64,000 bases of DNA from Opitutia bacterium (GCA_050506795.1 JBJHCF010000019.1:24675-88674), one strand, 5' to 3'; numbered from the stretch's first letter, positions 1 through 10,668 are shown. Notes: generated by a model not told the origin, from the sequence alone. Numbers and translations: made by a program.

Positions 1-261
1 CGCAGAGGATGCGTCGAGCACGAAAGCGGAAAAGAAACGGAAACCGCAAGCCTATTCATTGCGGCCGGCGATTCGCGAGCGGGAAAAGCCGCTCTTTCGG
101 CATTATTAGATTAACTAAATCAAGCGAACCCGGCGTCCTCGAAAACTGGTGACGTTCCCGCCCGCCTCCCGAGCGGTCTGCCGCCGGACCGGCGGATGCG
201 GCCCCGACGGAAAAAACCGGCTCGCCTTGATGGAAGCCAAGAAATGGAATTAGGTTAAGGT

Positions 262-849
262 ATGAAAGCGATTAGTATCCTGTCCCGAGCCGCTCTGTAT
301 TCTGTTCTGCTTTTGGGACTGATTGGAGCTTCCGGTTGTGAACCCGGCGGCCAGTCCGATGCGCCGGTGCCGGTGGATCCGGAAGCCGCCGACCGGGAAA
401 GTGAAGCCCTGGAGGATGCGGTGGAGGCGATGGACGACGACGATGAGGTGGCGGTTTTTGAAATCACCGCCGACGACGGCATGCGTTTCGGACTGAACGC
501 CTTCGAGGTGACACCGGGGCAGAGGGTTGCGGTGGTGTTGGAGAATATCGGCGAAATGCCGGTGGAGGCGATGGGACATAATTTCGTCCTCCTGGCCCTG
601 GGGACAGACGTCAATGCCTTCGCCAACGCCGCGATTCCTCATGAGGACAACCACTATATTTCACCCGAACGGGAGGACGAGGTCCTGGCCGCCACCCGGA
701 TCCTGGGGCCGGGGGAAAGCGAGCGTTTGACCTTTACCGCTCCGGAGATCCCCGGCGAGTACGATTACATTTGTACCTTTCCCGGGCACACGGCAGCCGG
801 TATGGCGGGGGTTATGACGGTGCGGGCCGAAGACGAGGCGGAGGAGTAG
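262..849 (+). CDS. Azurin/auracyanin-family blue copper lipoprotein
   Basis: Lipobox-like ASGC after a hydrophobic stretch; type-1 Cu ligands MGHNFV and YICTFPGHTAAGM; very acidic linker. Confidence 0.9.
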   Translation: MKAISILSRAALYSVLLLGLIGASGCEPGGQSDAPVPVDPEAADRESEALEDAVEAMDDDDEVAVFEITADDGMRFGLNAFEVTPGQRVAVVLENIGEMPVEAMGHNFVLLALGTDVNAFANAAIPHEDNHYISPEREDEVLAATRILGPGESERLTFTAPEIPGEYDYICTFPGHTAAGMAGVMTVRAEDEAEE

Positions 850-866
850 GGCGGCGGCCCGAACGG

Positions 867-1643
867 TTAGGAAACTCGGGGTTCCCGGCGGAGCAACCCC
901 AGGAGGAACTCCCGGTTGCCGTCGGCGCCCCGGAGGGGGGAGTCAATCGTTCCGATCAAGGTGGCGGCAGGGAGCGTTTCCAGAGCGAAGGTGCGGATTT
1001 CGTCCAGGACGCGCTGCTGGACCGCCGGATCCTTGATGACCCCGGCGCCGCGGTCGACTTCCCGGCGGTCGGCTTCGAACTGCGGTTTGACCAGGGCCGC
1101 AAGCCAGCCGCCGGGTTTGAGGCAGTTCCAGGCGGGCGACAACACCAGGCGAAGGGAGATGAAGGAAAGGTCCATGACGACGCCGTCGTAGGCGGGCTGG
1201 GGCAGGAGGTCGGGAGTGAGGTGACGGGCGTTGAGTTTTTCGATGTTGGTCACCCGGGGATCGGAGCGGAGTTTTCCGTGTAGCTGACCGCGACCGACAT
1301 CGACGCAGGTGACCGCGGTGGCGCCGCGTTGCAGCAGACAGTCGGTGAATCCTCCGGTGGAGGCGCCGACGTCGAGGAACACGCCGCCTTCGACGGGCAT
1401 GGGGTGGGCTGCGAGGAAGGCTTCCAGTTTTTCACCTCCGCGTCCGACAAAACGCGGCGGTTGTATCAGGGTAAGCGGAATGGTTTCCGGGTAGGTTTTG
1501 CCGGGCTTGTCCAGGACTTCATCGCCGCGCCGCACTTTGCCCGCCATGATCAGGGCCCGCGCCTGGGAGCGGGTCTCGCAAAGGCCCCGCCCGACAACGA
1601 GTTCGTCGAGACGGAGTTTTTTCTCCTTTGAAGAGGACGTCAT
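867..1643 (-). CDS. tlyA: TlyA-family rRNA 2'-O-methyltransferase
   Basis: S4 domain ([12 protein letters not shown]), [39 protein letters not shown]; start chosen at MTSSS. Confidence 0.93.
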   Translation of the reverse strand: MTSSSKEKKLRLDELVVGRGLCETRSQARALIMAGKVRRGDEVLDKPGKTYPETIPLTLIQPPRFVGRGGEKLEAFLAAHPMPVEGGVFLDVGASTGGFTDCLLQRGATAVTCVDVGRGQLHGKLRSDPRVTNIEKLNARHLTPDLLPQPAYDGVVMDLSFISLRLVLSPAWNCLKPGGWLAALVKPQFEADRREVDRGAGVIKDPAVQQRVLDEIRTFALETLPAATLIGTIDSPLRGADGNREFLLGLLRREPRVS

Positions 1644-1723
1644 CAGGAACCTCATGCCGGAAAACCGGGGGCTTGGCAATTTTCTCTGTTCATTGACCTG
1701 CGGCTCTTTGATAATCGGAGTCT

Positions 1724-2407
1724 ATGAGTTCAATCGAAGCCTTGCAGGCGACCATGGCGAAGTTACGGGGCCCGGACGGTTGTCCCTGGGATCGCGAGCA
1801 GGACCACCGATCGCTGGCCCGATGCCTGGTCGAGGAGTGCGCCGAGTTGCTCGACACTATCGACCGGGGAGACATGGAGCACATGAAGGAGGAGTTGGGC
1901 GATGTCCTGCTCCAGGTGGTGTTTCATGCCCGTATGGCGGAGGAGGCGGGGCACTTTGATTTTGACGCCGTGGCGGCGGCGATAAATGAAAAGCTCTTGC
2001 GGCGGCATCCCCATGTTTTCGGCGACCTGGATCTGGCCGATTCGGCGGCCGTCCTGGTGGAGTGGGAGAAGATCAAGGCCCGGGAGAAGAAACCTTCGGC
2101 CGCCGCGGAAGAGGATGGCATCTTCAGCAAACTGCCGCCCGCCTTGCCTGCCCTGCTCTACGCCTGGAACCTGGTCAAGGAGCTTGAAAAGCGTACTCTG
2201 GGTGTCCCGGACGCGATGCCGGTACGGCCCGAAACGATTGAGGCCATGGCGGAGGGGCTCGACGAGGAGAAGGCCGGAGCCCTGCTGTTTGAGATGGCGG
2301 CGGCCTGTCGCCGCGCGGGGGTGGATCCGGAGTCCGCCCTGCGGCGTTTCTCCCGCCGCGTGGGGGACGCGGTGCAGACGGAGATCGAGAATGGCATTGA
2401 ATCGTGA
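1724..2407 (+). CDS. mazG: MazG-family nucleoside triphosphate pyrophosphohydrolase
   Basis: LRGPDGCPWDREQ, EELGDVLLQVVFH, KLLRRHPHVFG; second domain lacks the EExGD motif. Confidence 0.9.
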   Translation: MSSIEALQATMAKLRGPDGCPWDREQDHRSLARCLVEECAELLDTIDRGDMEHMKEELGDVLLQVVFHARMAEEAGHFDFDAVAAAINEKLLRRHPHVFGDLDLADSAAVLVEWEKIKAREKKPSAAAEEDGIFSKLPPALPALLYAWNLVKELEKRTLGVPDAMPVRPETIEAMAEGLDEEKAGALLFEMAAACRRAGVDPESALRRFSRRVGDAVQTEIENGIES

Positions 2408-3179
2408 TTCCGAAATTGCTGGATCGGATACGGCGGCCAGGGTATTGCGTCTGCGCATGTACGACGGCGACCGCGAGGTGCCGTACCGGGTGTGTCGTTC
2501 GGCGCGTGCCCGGTCGATTCGGATCTCCATCGATCGCGACTACGCCATTACCCTGACCCTCCCGCGGGGCGCTTCCGAGCGGGAGGGAGTGGATTTTCTG
2601 GAGAGCAAGGCGGCCTGGTTGCGGCGTCATTTGTCCCGGCAGCGGCCACGCACGGGACTGCTGGAATTCCTGCGACGCGATCCGGCGGTCAGCCTGGAGG
2701 GGCAGCGGGTTCCGCTGGAGGTCCTCGGGAATGCGTCGAGAACGGCGCTGCGTTTCAGCCGGGGCGGAGCCAAAATCGTGGTGGAAGCCGTATCGTCGGA
2801 TCTGGGTGAAGCCGAAATGGTCGAACTCCTCCGGGGGTTGGCGGCGCGCGCGCTCGCCTGGCGAACCGAGACGCTGGCCGAACAGCACGGGTTCGCGGTC
2901 CGTCGAATATCGGTCCGGGATCAGTCCAGCCGCTGGGGCTCCTGTTCCAGCGGCGGCACCGTATCCCTGAATTGGAGGTTGTTGCTGGTGCCGCCGGAGG
3001 TGCAGGATTACGTGATCCGGCACGAGTTGGCCCACCTCCGGCACATGAACCATTCTCCCCGTTTTTGGAGCGAATTGTGCCGCCTGGATCCTCTGGCCCG
3101 AGAGCGGGATCGCTGGCTCACTGAGGCCGGGGAAGCGGTGATGGCCTTGGGAAGGAAGGTGAAATCCTCCGCCTCATAG
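2391..3179 (+). CDS. YgjP/DUF45-like zinc metallohydrolase (M48-like)
   Basis: RDQSSRWGSCS, LNWRL, DYVIRHELAHLRHMNHSPRFW; ATG at 2391 overlaps the mazG end. Confidence 0.88.
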   Translation: MALNRDSEIAGSDTAARVLRLRMYDGDREVPYRVCRSARARSIRISIDRDYAITLTLPRGASEREGVDFLESKAAWLRRHLSRQRPRTGLLEFLRRDPAVSLEGQRVPLEVLGNASRTALRFSRGGAKIVVEAVSSDLGEAEMVELLRGLAARALAWRTETLAEQHGFAVRRISVRDQSSRWGSCSSGGTVSLNWRLLLVPPEVQDYVIRHELAHLRHMNHSPRFWSELCRLDPLARERDRWLTEAGEAVMALGRKVKSSAS

Positions 3180-3192
3180 CAGGTTTCAATCT

Positions 3193-5106
3193 CTAGTCGA
3201 TGTACGGGGTATATTCCGGGATAAATCGCTGGATACGCAGTTTGATTTGGCTGGGGTCGCCCTGGTAGAGCATCTTGCGCAATTCCGCAATGAAGCGATC
3301 AACTTTTTCGAGATCCGGGATTTCGTTCTCCGTGAAGCGCAGGCGGAGAATTTTGTTGTGGTGTGTTTTTCCGGCTTGGGAGTCGTTTGGCCGGAATACC
3401 TCGGTCACGTTGCTGCCGGGGCGGAGGCCGGTGAACTCGATCTGCAGATCAATATCCGGCTGCAGACCGCTGAGTTCGATCATTTGACGAGCCAGATCAC
3501 GGATCGGCATGGCTTGTCCGTTGTCCAGATAAAGAACGTCTCCGGGATCGCCCCGTGCCGCGCATTCCAAAAGAAGGGAACAGGTTTCCGGAATGGAGAC
3601 CAGTTGACGCACCGCGTCCGGATGGGAGATACGCACCGGTCCCCCGTTGGCAATCTGGCGGGAAAAGGTGTCGATATAACTTCCGGCGGATCCGAGGGCG
3701 TTGCCGAAACGGACGGAAATAAAACGGGTGCCGTCGGGTTGGCGCTGCTGCAGAGCCTGCAGGCAAAGTTCCGCGAGCCTTTTGCCCGCTCCCATAACAT
3801 CGGAGGGTTTCAGCGCGCTGTCGGAGGAGGTGAAAATAAAGCGGCTCACCCGGTGAGCCTGGGCTAAACGGGCAAGATGCAGGGTGCCGAAAACGTTGTT
3901 CTTAAGTGCTTCACCCGGCTGCTGCTCCATCATCGCCGCCTGCTTGTGGGCGGCGGCGTGGAAAACCACGTTCGGTTGGTGCTGTCGGAAGACGGCCTCC
4001 ATTCTCGCCGGGTCGAGGATGTTTCCCACCAGGGGAAGAATCTTGGCGCCGTGACCCAACTGAATCAGTTCCTGCTCAATCTGGAAAAGCTGTACCTCGC
4101 ATTGCTCCAGCAGAAGCAGTTTGTCGGGACGCTCGACCAGAATGCGGCGGCAGAGCTCGGCGCCGATGCTTCCCCCGGCACCGGTCACCAGCACGACCGA
4201 ATCGTGGATGCAGGCTTTGATCGCCTCCCCCGAGGTTTCCACCGGTTCGCTTTCCAGAAGGTCCTCAACTCCCACCGCGCGCAATTGACTGACCCGAACC
4301 TCCCCGGTGGCAAGTTGATGGACCGAGGGAATCGTCGTGAATTTCAGTTTCGCCTGCTGCAGGATGGCGATCACCTCGCGAATCCTCTTCGCCGGCGCCC
4401 CGGGCATGGCGATGACCACTTCGTCGATTCGTGCGCGAACGGCTTCATCAAGCAGCATCTCCGGCGATCCCAGGATCGGCAGGTCGTGGATGCGCAGACC
4501 GTGCCGACGCGAATCCGAATCAAAGAAGGCCACCGGTTTCCGTTTCAGGGAAGGACGGTAAAAAAGCTCCTTCACCAGGTTGGCCGCCGCGTCCTCGGAT
4601 CCGATGATTCCCACCCGGCGGACATGGCTTTCGTCCTCGTCTTGACGGATTTGGGATTGCTGGCCGTAGATGCGAATGAACAACCGCATGGTCGAAATTC
4701 CGCCGAAACTGAGGAAGAGATCGGCGAGAATCACCCCCCTGGGCGGAGCGAAATCGGTGCCCAGCAGGAAATAGACGATCAGCATGGCCACGGAAGCGGA
4801 GGCGAGGGCGAAAAAGATCTTAAACAGGTCGGGGGTGCTGTAAAAGCTCAGCACCGGATCGAATTGGCGAAAGAGTTCGATCAGAAGGAGCTTTATGGGA
4901 ATGACCCAGATGAAAACCAACAGCATGTCTTCCCGCGTCGCGGCGGGTACCGCGAAGTCGAAACGAAGCTGGTAGGCGAACCAGAGGCTGGCGATGCAGA
5001 TGAAGGAATACGACGCGACCAGAAAGACAAAACGGAGACCTGCGGCGCCTGAAAAACGCCTTTTCAAATTCCAGTCAAGCGAGGACAAACTGATCGGCCA
5101 ACCCAT
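3193..5106 (-). CDS. CapD/PglF-like membrane-anchored nucleotide-sugar dehydratase, divergent
   Basis: N-terminal TM helices, CoA-binding-like domain, VTGAGGSIGAELCR, FHAAAHK, VRFGN; several motif substitutions. Confidence 0.85.
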   Translation of the reverse strand: MGWPISLSSLDWNLKRRFSGAAGLRFVFLVASYSFICIASLWFAYQLRFDFAVPAATREDMLLVFIWVIPIKLLLIELFRQFDPVLSFYSTPDLFKIFFALASASVAMLIVYFLLGTDFAPPRGVILADLFLSFGGISTMRLFIRIYGQQSQIRQDEDESHVRRVGIIGSEDAAANLVKELFYRPSLKRKPVAFFDSDSRRHGLRIHDLPILGSPEMLLDEAVRARIDEVVIAMPGAPAKRIREVIAILQQAKLKFTTIPSVHQLATGEVRVSQLRAVGVEDLLESEPVETSGEAIKACIHDSVVLVTGAGGSIGAELCRRILVERPDKLLLLEQCEVQLFQIEQELIQLGHGAKILPLVGNILDPARMEAVFRQHQPNVVFHAAAHKQAAMMEQQPGEALKNNVFGTLHLARLAQAHRVSRFIFTSSDSALKPSDVMGAGKRLAELCLQALQQRQPDGTRFISVRFGNALGSAGSYIDTFSRQIANGGPVRISHPDAVRQLVSIPETCSLLLECAARGDPGDVLYLDNGQAMPIRDLARQMIELSGLQPDIDLQIEFTGLRPGSNVTEVFRPNDSQAGKTHHNKILRLRFTENEIPDLEKVDRFIAELRKMLYQGDPSQIKLRIQRFIPEYTPYID

Positions 5107-5188
5107 GGTTTCAAACCTGCACGTTGCCCGCTTGCCGGAACGGGGTAAAGCCCTTTCTGGGGCAACCGGCGTTGGTGAGGACCACGGA

Positions 5189-6436
5189 TCATGATTTCCG
5201 GACGTACATTTCCAGTTCGCGAACCGCGTCGGCCGGTCCGTTTTCCTTGAGGAGGACCCGCCGCAGACTTTTCGCTCGATCCGCCAGGCGGGAATCGGCG
5301 AGAGTGTCGGCGACCGCTCGGGCCAGAAGTCTGGGCCAGCGTTTCCGGGGCAGGCGACGGCCCACACCGAGGCGTTCCATTTCGCGTCCGAAGAAATTCT
5401 GGTCGGCGATGTGCGGCACAATCAACTGCGGTATGCCGGCGTGCAGGGCGGAAGCGGTGACGCCGGCGCCCCCGTGATGGACCACCACTGACGTGTGCCG
5501 GAAAAGCTGGTCGTGAGGCAGATCTCCTATTACCCGGATATGGGGCGCGTCGGCCACCGGTGGGAACTCGGCCCATCCGCGTTGCACCATCAGTTTTTTG
5601 TCCCGCGGCCAGTGGCCGGCGAGAGTTTGCATCACCTTGCCCGGATTCGAAGCCGACATGCTGCCGAAGGTGAGCACGGGGACCGGTTGTCCGCCGGTGA
5701 AGGCGGCCAGTTCCGCCTCCATCGCCGGATCGGCGGGGCGCTGCCATCGGCAGTAGCCGGTGAACCGGAAGCGTTCGGGGAGGGTCGCGTCGGACCGCAT
5801 AAGGGCGGGGGAAACCGCGACCAGGATCAGGTCGGCCGGATGGGAAAAGAAGTTTCTTGCCTGGGGAATGGGTGGTTCGGCGATGACGGTTTGCAGGATG
5901 CGGTTTACCGACGTGTCGATGGTGCGTTCGGCGACCTTCCAAAGGGCGCGGCAGATGGCGCGACGCCATTGCGGGGGGAGTCGGGATAGACTGGGAAAGC
6001 CGTCAGGGGGATAATCGGGGGAGGGAATACTGTTATGGGCGAAAGCAAAAGCGGCGGAAGGAACGTCCCGATCCCGCGCCAGTTGGCCGTGGAAAGGAAA
6101 CAGGTAGGAAAAGACGAGGAGCTCGTTATGGTCCAACAGAACTCGCAACCGTTTCGCCGTTTCCGCCAGGTGGGGGCAGGAGGCGCGGTAGATTTCGCGG
6201 AGTTGTCCCAGGGGGGTACGTTTCTGCTGGAGGGAGGCCATCCAGGCGGCGGCTTGGGCACCGTTCATGTCCGGCGGGAGCGGGGCGAACCGCAATCCCG
6301 CCTCCTCGACAGCGTTGCGGTGCAGGGAGCCCGTCGCGAAAGTCGTCCGATGCCCGGCAGCGTTCAGCGCCGCCCCGAGGGCGATCAGAGGGAAAACATC
6401 GCCGGTGGAGCCTTGGGACGAAAGGAGGACGTTCAT
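5189..6436 (-). CDS. GT1-family glycosyltransferase (RhlB/sterol glucosyltransferase-like)
   Basis: GSTGDVFPLIALG, TFGSM, HHGGAGVTASALHAGIPQLIVPHIADQ. Confidence 0.88.
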   Translation of the reverse strand: MNVLLSSQGSTGDVFPLIALGAALNAAGHRTTFATGSLHRNAVEEAGLRFAPLPPDMNGAQAAAWMASLQQKRTPLGQLREIYRASCPHLAETAKRLRVLLDHNELLVFSYLFPFHGQLARDRDVPSAAFAFAHNSIPSPDYPPDGFPSLSRLPPQWRRAICRALWKVAERTIDTSVNRILQTVIAEPPIPQARNFFSHPADLILVAVSPALMRSDATLPERFRFTGYCRWQRPADPAMEAELAAFTGGQPVPVLTFGSMSASNPGKVMQTLAGHWPRDKKLMVQRGWAEFPPVADAPHIRVIGDLPHDQLFRHTSVVVHHGGAGVTASALHAGIPQLIVPHIADQNFFGREMERLGVGRRLPRKRWPRLLARAVADTLADSRLADRAKSLRRVLLKENGPADAVRELEMYVRKS

Positions 6437-6529
6437 TGAATTGCGAATAGTTCAGGTTACGCTATCCCTTCAGTCCCCGGCAAGCCCCCTTGGGCTTGCC
6501 ACCGGTTGGAGGTGTGGCATGGTGGGGAC

Positions 6530-6631
6530 ATGGGTGGAAAAAAGAAAAAAGGGGGCCTCGGCCCGGTAGGAATCTTCGTGGTTATCCTGGTCGTTCTGGC
6601 ATTGCTGATGAGCCGGGTTTTCCGGGGTTGA
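6530..6631 (+). CDS. Putative 33-aa single-pass membrane small protein (below the ORF-track cutoff)
   Basis: Manual translation MGGKKKKGGLGPVGIFVVILVVLALLMSRVFRG*; purine-rich sequence upstream of the ATG. Confidence 0.5.
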   Translation: MGGKKKKGGLGPVGIFVVILVVLALLMSRVFRG

Positions 6632-6720
6632 AATCGCCGTTTCAATCGGGGCTAAAGACTCGACAGCGGATCTGCCTCTCATACGATAGGGGATTGTCTC
6701 TTTCCATTAAGGGTATTCCT

Positions 6721-7329
6721 ATGAAACAACGCACTTTGGTCTTCGTTTTGTCTTTGCTCATCGCCAGCCTGGTTGCCGTCCCGACCGTCCAGGGCGATTT
6801 CTATCTGGGAGGTACGTTTGGGTTCGGTTTTCCGCGTGACCATAAGGATGACGACGGAAACACCATCGAGTTGGACGACGATCTCGGCGGAACTCTGGCC
6901 GTCGGTTACAATTTTGTTCCCATTCGCATCGAGGGCGAACTGGTGTACCGCACTTCGGACGTCCGCCGGTACGAGGACGATGCCGGAGTCCGATCCGCCA
7001 CCGGCAACATCCAGAACCTCGGGGTCATGGTGAATGCGCTTTACGACCTTCCCCTCGCCCAGCTGTACAGTCCCTACATCGGCGGCGGATTCGGAGCGTC
7101 GCGGATATCCGCCGACGGCGTGCGCTGGGATGGAGAGACGCAATTGGACGACACTCAGACGGTTTTTGCCTACCAGGTCATGGCGGGCGTCCAGTACGAG
7201 ATCGCCCGCAACGCCTCCATCCGAGCCGGTTATCGTTTTTTCAGCACCCGTAATCCGACCTGGGACGATGTCCGCTTCGACGGCACCCGGGCCCACATTA
7301 TCGAGGTGGGCGTGCGCGGCACCTTCTGA
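6721..7329 (+). CDS. Outer-membrane 8-stranded beta-barrel (opacity/OmpA-TM-like)
   Basis: Signal peptide, RIEGELVYR, MVNALYD, PYIGGGFG, FAYQVMAGV, AGYRFF, terminal Phe. Confidence 0.85.
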   Translation: MKQRTLVFVLSLLIASLVAVPTVQGDFYLGGTFGFGFPRDHKDDDGNTIELDDDLGGTLAVGYNFVPIRIEGELVYRTSDVRRYEDDAGVRSATGNIQNLGVMVNALYDLPLAQLYSPYIGGGFGASRISADGVRWDGETQLDDTQTVFAYQVMAGVQYEIARNASIRAGYRFFSTRNPTWDDVRFDGTRAHIIEVGVRGTF

Positions 7330-7374
7330 GCGGCGGTCCGGCGGAACCGCCCCGCTTGCCACCGGGACGTTGGA

Positions 7375-8424
7375 TTAAATCCCCGTGTCCGGTGGCGCGT
7401 TTTTCCGGCGAACCGTTTCCACCAGCGCTTCCACGTTTTCAATCCGGGCGGTCGGGAGGATGCCGTGACCGAGGTTGAAGATGTGTCCGCCGGCATACCC
7501 TCGCATCACGTTGAGGATTCGTCCGGCTTCGCGGCGCACGATGTCGGGAGTGGTGTCGAGCAGTACCGGATCCAGATTACCCTGGAGTGCAACGGCGCCG
7601 CCGGTTGCTTCACCCGTTTTCCGGAGGTCGGCGGTCCAGTCAACGCTGATAACGCGTGCGCCGGTGGCCGCCAGATCCTCGATTCGATGGTGCAGACCCT
7701 TGGCGTAAAGGATTACCGGGATGCGGCCGTCGAGCGCCTCGACGATCCGGCGAATCCATTGCAGGGAAGCTTTTTCGTAAGCGTATCCCGGACAGGCCGA
7801 CCCCCAGGAATCGAATATCTGAACCGCATCGGCACCGGCTTCCGCCTGCGCGACCAGGTATTCGCTTACCGCGGCGGTGAGTTTTTCCATGAGGGCTTCG
7901 AACAGATCGGGATGCTCGTAAAGCAGTTGTTTGACCTTGCGATAATGCGTGGAACTGCCTCCCTCGACCATGTAGGTGGCCAATGTCCAGGGGGAGCCGG
8001 CGAATCCCAACAGGGCCGTTTGGCCGTCGAGTTCGCGCCGCAACAACTTGAGCGCCCCGGGCACGTAATCCAGGCGCTCGCGAATGGCGCCGGTTTCGAG
8101 ACGGTCGATGTCGGCGGCGGTTTCGAGGGCAAAGTCCATCGCGATGCCGCCTTGGTCGCGAAACCGGTAGGGTTGGCCCATGGCCTCGGGGATCACCAGG
8201 ATGTCGGAAAAGAGGATGGCGGCGTCAAATCCGAAACGGTGGATCGGCTGCAGGGTCACTTCCGTGGCAAGCTCCGGAGTCTGTACCATCTTGAGAAACC
8301 CGTGCTGCTGTTTCAGCGCCCGGTATTCCGGCAGGTAGCGTCCGGCCTGACGCATCATCCACAGGGGAGGCCGGTCGAGTGTTTCGCCGCGGCAGGCGGC
8401 AAGGAATCGTTCGCGGGAGTTCAT
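7375..8424 (-). CDS. hemE: Uroporphyrinogen decarboxylase
   Basis: [44 protein letters not shown]; start overlaps the hemF stop (ATGA). Confidence 0.97.
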   Translation of the reverse strand: MNSRERFLAACRGETLDRPPLWMMRQAGRYLPEYRALKQQHGFLKMVQTPELATEVTLQPIHRFGFDAAILFSDILVIPEAMGQPYRFRDQGGIAMDFALETAADIDRLETGAIRERLDYVPGALKLLRRELDGQTALLGFAGSPWTLATYMVEGGSSTHYRKVKQLLYEHPDLFEALMEKLTAAVSEYLVAQAEAGADAVQIFDSWGSACPGYAYEKASLQWIRRIVEALDGRIPVILYAKGLHHRIEDLAATGARVISVDWTADLRKTGEATGGAVALQGNLDPVLLDTTPDIVRREAGRILNVMRGYAGGHIFNLGHGILPTARIENVEALVETVRRKNAPPDTGI

Positions 8425-9350
8425 TTCAGCCAATCACGGGGACGAAGGAATTCGGTCACGAGTTTCTCCTCCGGCGAACCGGGTTCGGGGTTCCAGTCGT
8501 AGACCCACTTGGCCATGGGTGGCAGGGACATCAGAATGCTTTCGATCCGGCCGCCGGATTGCAGCCCGAACAGCGTGCCTCGATCGTAGACGAGATTGAA
8601 CTCCACGTAACGGCCGCGCCGGTAAAGCTGGAAATCCCGTTCGCGGCCGCCGAACGGCTCCTGCTTCCGCTTTTGCAGAATCGGCAGGTAGGCCGCCAGG
8701 AAATGATCGCCGACGCTGCGGGCGAAGGCGAACGACTGTTCGAAGCCCGCTTCGTTGACATCATCGAAGAAAAGTCCGCCGATCCCGCGGCTTTCGTTGC
8801 GGTGTTTAATGTGGAAATACTCGTCGCACGCCCTTTTGTAGCGCGGATAAAGCGCCTCGCCGAACGGCCGGCAGGCGGCTTCCGCGGTTCGGTGCCAATG
8901 GACGGCGTCCTCTTCGAAACCGTAGTACGGAGTCAGGTCGAAGCCGCCGCCGAACCACCAGGCATCCGGGGATCCCTCGCGCTGCGCGACAAAGAACCGA
9001 ATGTTGGCGTGAGCGGTGGGGACCATCGGGCTTTTGGGGTGAATCACCAGGGAGATCCCCATGGCGCGAAACCTCCGGTCCGCCAGTTCCGGACGGGTGG
9101 CCGTGGCGGAGGGTGGCAGTCGGTCGCCCTGCACATGAGAGAAATTGACCCCCGCTTTCTCCAGGTGGCGGCCCCGGTCGAGTACGCGGGTCCGTCCGCC
9201 GCCGCCGCCTTCGCGCTCCCACAGGTCCTCACGGAATTTCTCCCAGCCGTCTTCCTGTTCCAGCGCCTTACAGATGCTGTCCTGCAAAGACTTCAGGTAT
9301 TCTTCCACCGCATCGATGTCCGGTGTGTCTTGTTGGCTGGCGTCGCTCAT
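8421..9350 (-). CDS. hemF: Oxygen-dependent coproporphyrinogen III oxidase
   Basis: [59 protein letters not shown]. Confidence 0.97.
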   Translation of the reverse strand: MSDASQQDTPDIDAVEEYLKSLQDSICKALEQEDGWEKFREDLWEREGGGGGRTRVLDRGRHLEKAGVNFSHVQGDRLPPSATATRPELADRRFRAMGISLVIHPKSPMVPTAHANIRFFVAQREGSPDAWWFGGGFDLTPYYGFEEDAVHWHRTAEAACRPFGEALYPRYKRACDEYFHIKHRNESRGIGGLFFDDVNEAGFEQSFAFARSVGDHFLAAYLPILQKRKQEPFGGRERDFQLYRRGRYVEFNLVYDRGTLFGLQSGGRIESILMSLPPMAKWVYDWNPEPGSPEEKLVTEFLRPRDWLK

Positions 9351-9488
9351 GGAGAAAAAGAAGCAGCGTGAGCAAGGGGGGACGTCGTTTCAATGTAAAA
9401 CAGGTTGCCGTATCTCAAACGCGACCGTTACCCTGTGTCGCTTTGAACATTGCATGAGTGTTTCGACGTTGGAAAGGGAGGTGTGCCG

Positions 9489-10643
9489 GTGAGCGGGGCG
9501 GAGGACTTTACCGCTTGTCCGCCCCGGTGCCGGGCGGACGTGGATCTCAATGCCTTCGAGAGCAACGTCCGGTTGCTGCGCGCGGCTTTGCCGCCGGGAT
9601 GCCGCTACATATCGGTGGTGAAGGCCGATGCCTACGGGCACGGGTTGAGCCGGGTGGTCGAACGCCTGGCACGCGGACCGCTGGTCGACCTTTACGCGGT
9701 GGCCAGTCTGGAGGAGGCGGCGACCGTGCGTCGCCATGACCGCCAGAGTCCGGTGCTGATGCTGAGTCCGGTGTTTCCCGGAGATGAAGAGTGTTTGCTG
9801 GAGCTCGACGTGACACCCACCGTGTCGTCTCCCGGCGAGATCGATCGTATCTCCCGGGTGGCGACACGGGCGAAAAAGAAGCATCCGGTGCATCTTAAAG
9901 TGGATACCGGCATGGGTCGCCTGGGGGTCTGGCACGAGGAGGCGATTCCGCTTTATGAGCAGTTGATGTCGGCGGACGGCCTCTTTCTGGCCGGAGTTTA
10001 CACCCATCTGGCCAGCGCCGACTGCGACCTGGATTTCACCGCGCTGCAGCGCAAGCGATTCCGCGCGGCCTTGGATCGGATGCCGGATTTGCGGCGCGAG
10101 GAATTATTGGTCCACGTCGACAACAGCGCCGGGTTCGACAGTTTCGAGGACGGACACGGCTTCAATGCCGTTCGTATCGGGATCGCCCAATACGGCGTTT
10201 TACCGGCCGCGGAGGCCGCCGGGCGTTTGCGGAATCTTCCTCTGACCCCGGTCTGCAGCCTGCACTCGCGGGTCAGTCTGGTGAAATCCCTGCCGGCCGG
10301 AACGGATATCAGTTACGGCCGCACCTGCCGGCTGGAGCGGCGGACCCAAGTGGCGGTGGTGGCGGCGGGATACGGTGACGGCGTGCATCTCGCCTGCAGC
10401 AACCGTGGTGCGATCCTGATCCGGGGCGTGCGTTGTCCCATTTTGGGCCGCGTGACGATGGATGAGATCATGGTCGACGCCTCCCGGGTCCCCGATCTGG
10501 CTCCCGGCGAACCGGCAACGCTGTTTGGTCGCCGAGAGGGGTCGGAGATCTCGTTGCGCGAGTACAGCGAATGGTGCGGCACCATTCCCTGGGAGGCCCT
10601 GTGCTCCATCACCCAACGGGTGTCCCGAGTCTACACCGGCTGA
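9489..10643 (+). CDS. alr: Alanine racemase
   Basis: VVKADAYGHG (PLP Lys), HLKVDTGMGRLG, ISYG, GYGDG, GRVTMD; GTG start chosen after GGGAGG. Confidence 0.95.
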   Translation: MSGAEDFTACPPRCRADVDLNAFESNVRLLRAALPPGCRYISVVKADAYGHGLSRVVERLARGPLVDLYAVASLEEAATVRRHDRQSPVLMLSPVFPGDEECLLELDVTPTVSSPGEIDRISRVATRAKKKHPVHLKVDTGMGRLGVWHEEAIPLYEQLMSADGLFLAGVYTHLASADCDLDFTALQRKRFRAALDRMPDLRREELLVHVDNSAGFDSFEDGHGFNAVRIGIAQYGVLPAAEAAGRLRNLPLTPVCSLHSRVSLVKSLPAGTDISYGRTCRLERRTQVAVVAAGYGDGVHLACSNRGAILIRGVRCPILGRVTMDEIMVDASRVPDLAPGEPATLFGRREGSEISLREYSEWCGTIPWEALCSITQRVSRVYTG

Positions 10644-10668
10644 GTCGCCGACAGGTACGCGGGTTCCG

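Noticed and set aside
227..240. FNR-like box TTGATggaaGCCAA before the azurin-like gene
   Set aside because: Two mismatches and only about 21 nt from the ATG; too weak to call
1986..2390. N-terminal extensions in the ORF track (also 5107-5421, 12695-13291, 27512-27739)
   Set aside because: They overlap neighbouring genes or precede the recognisable N-terminus; downstream starts fit better
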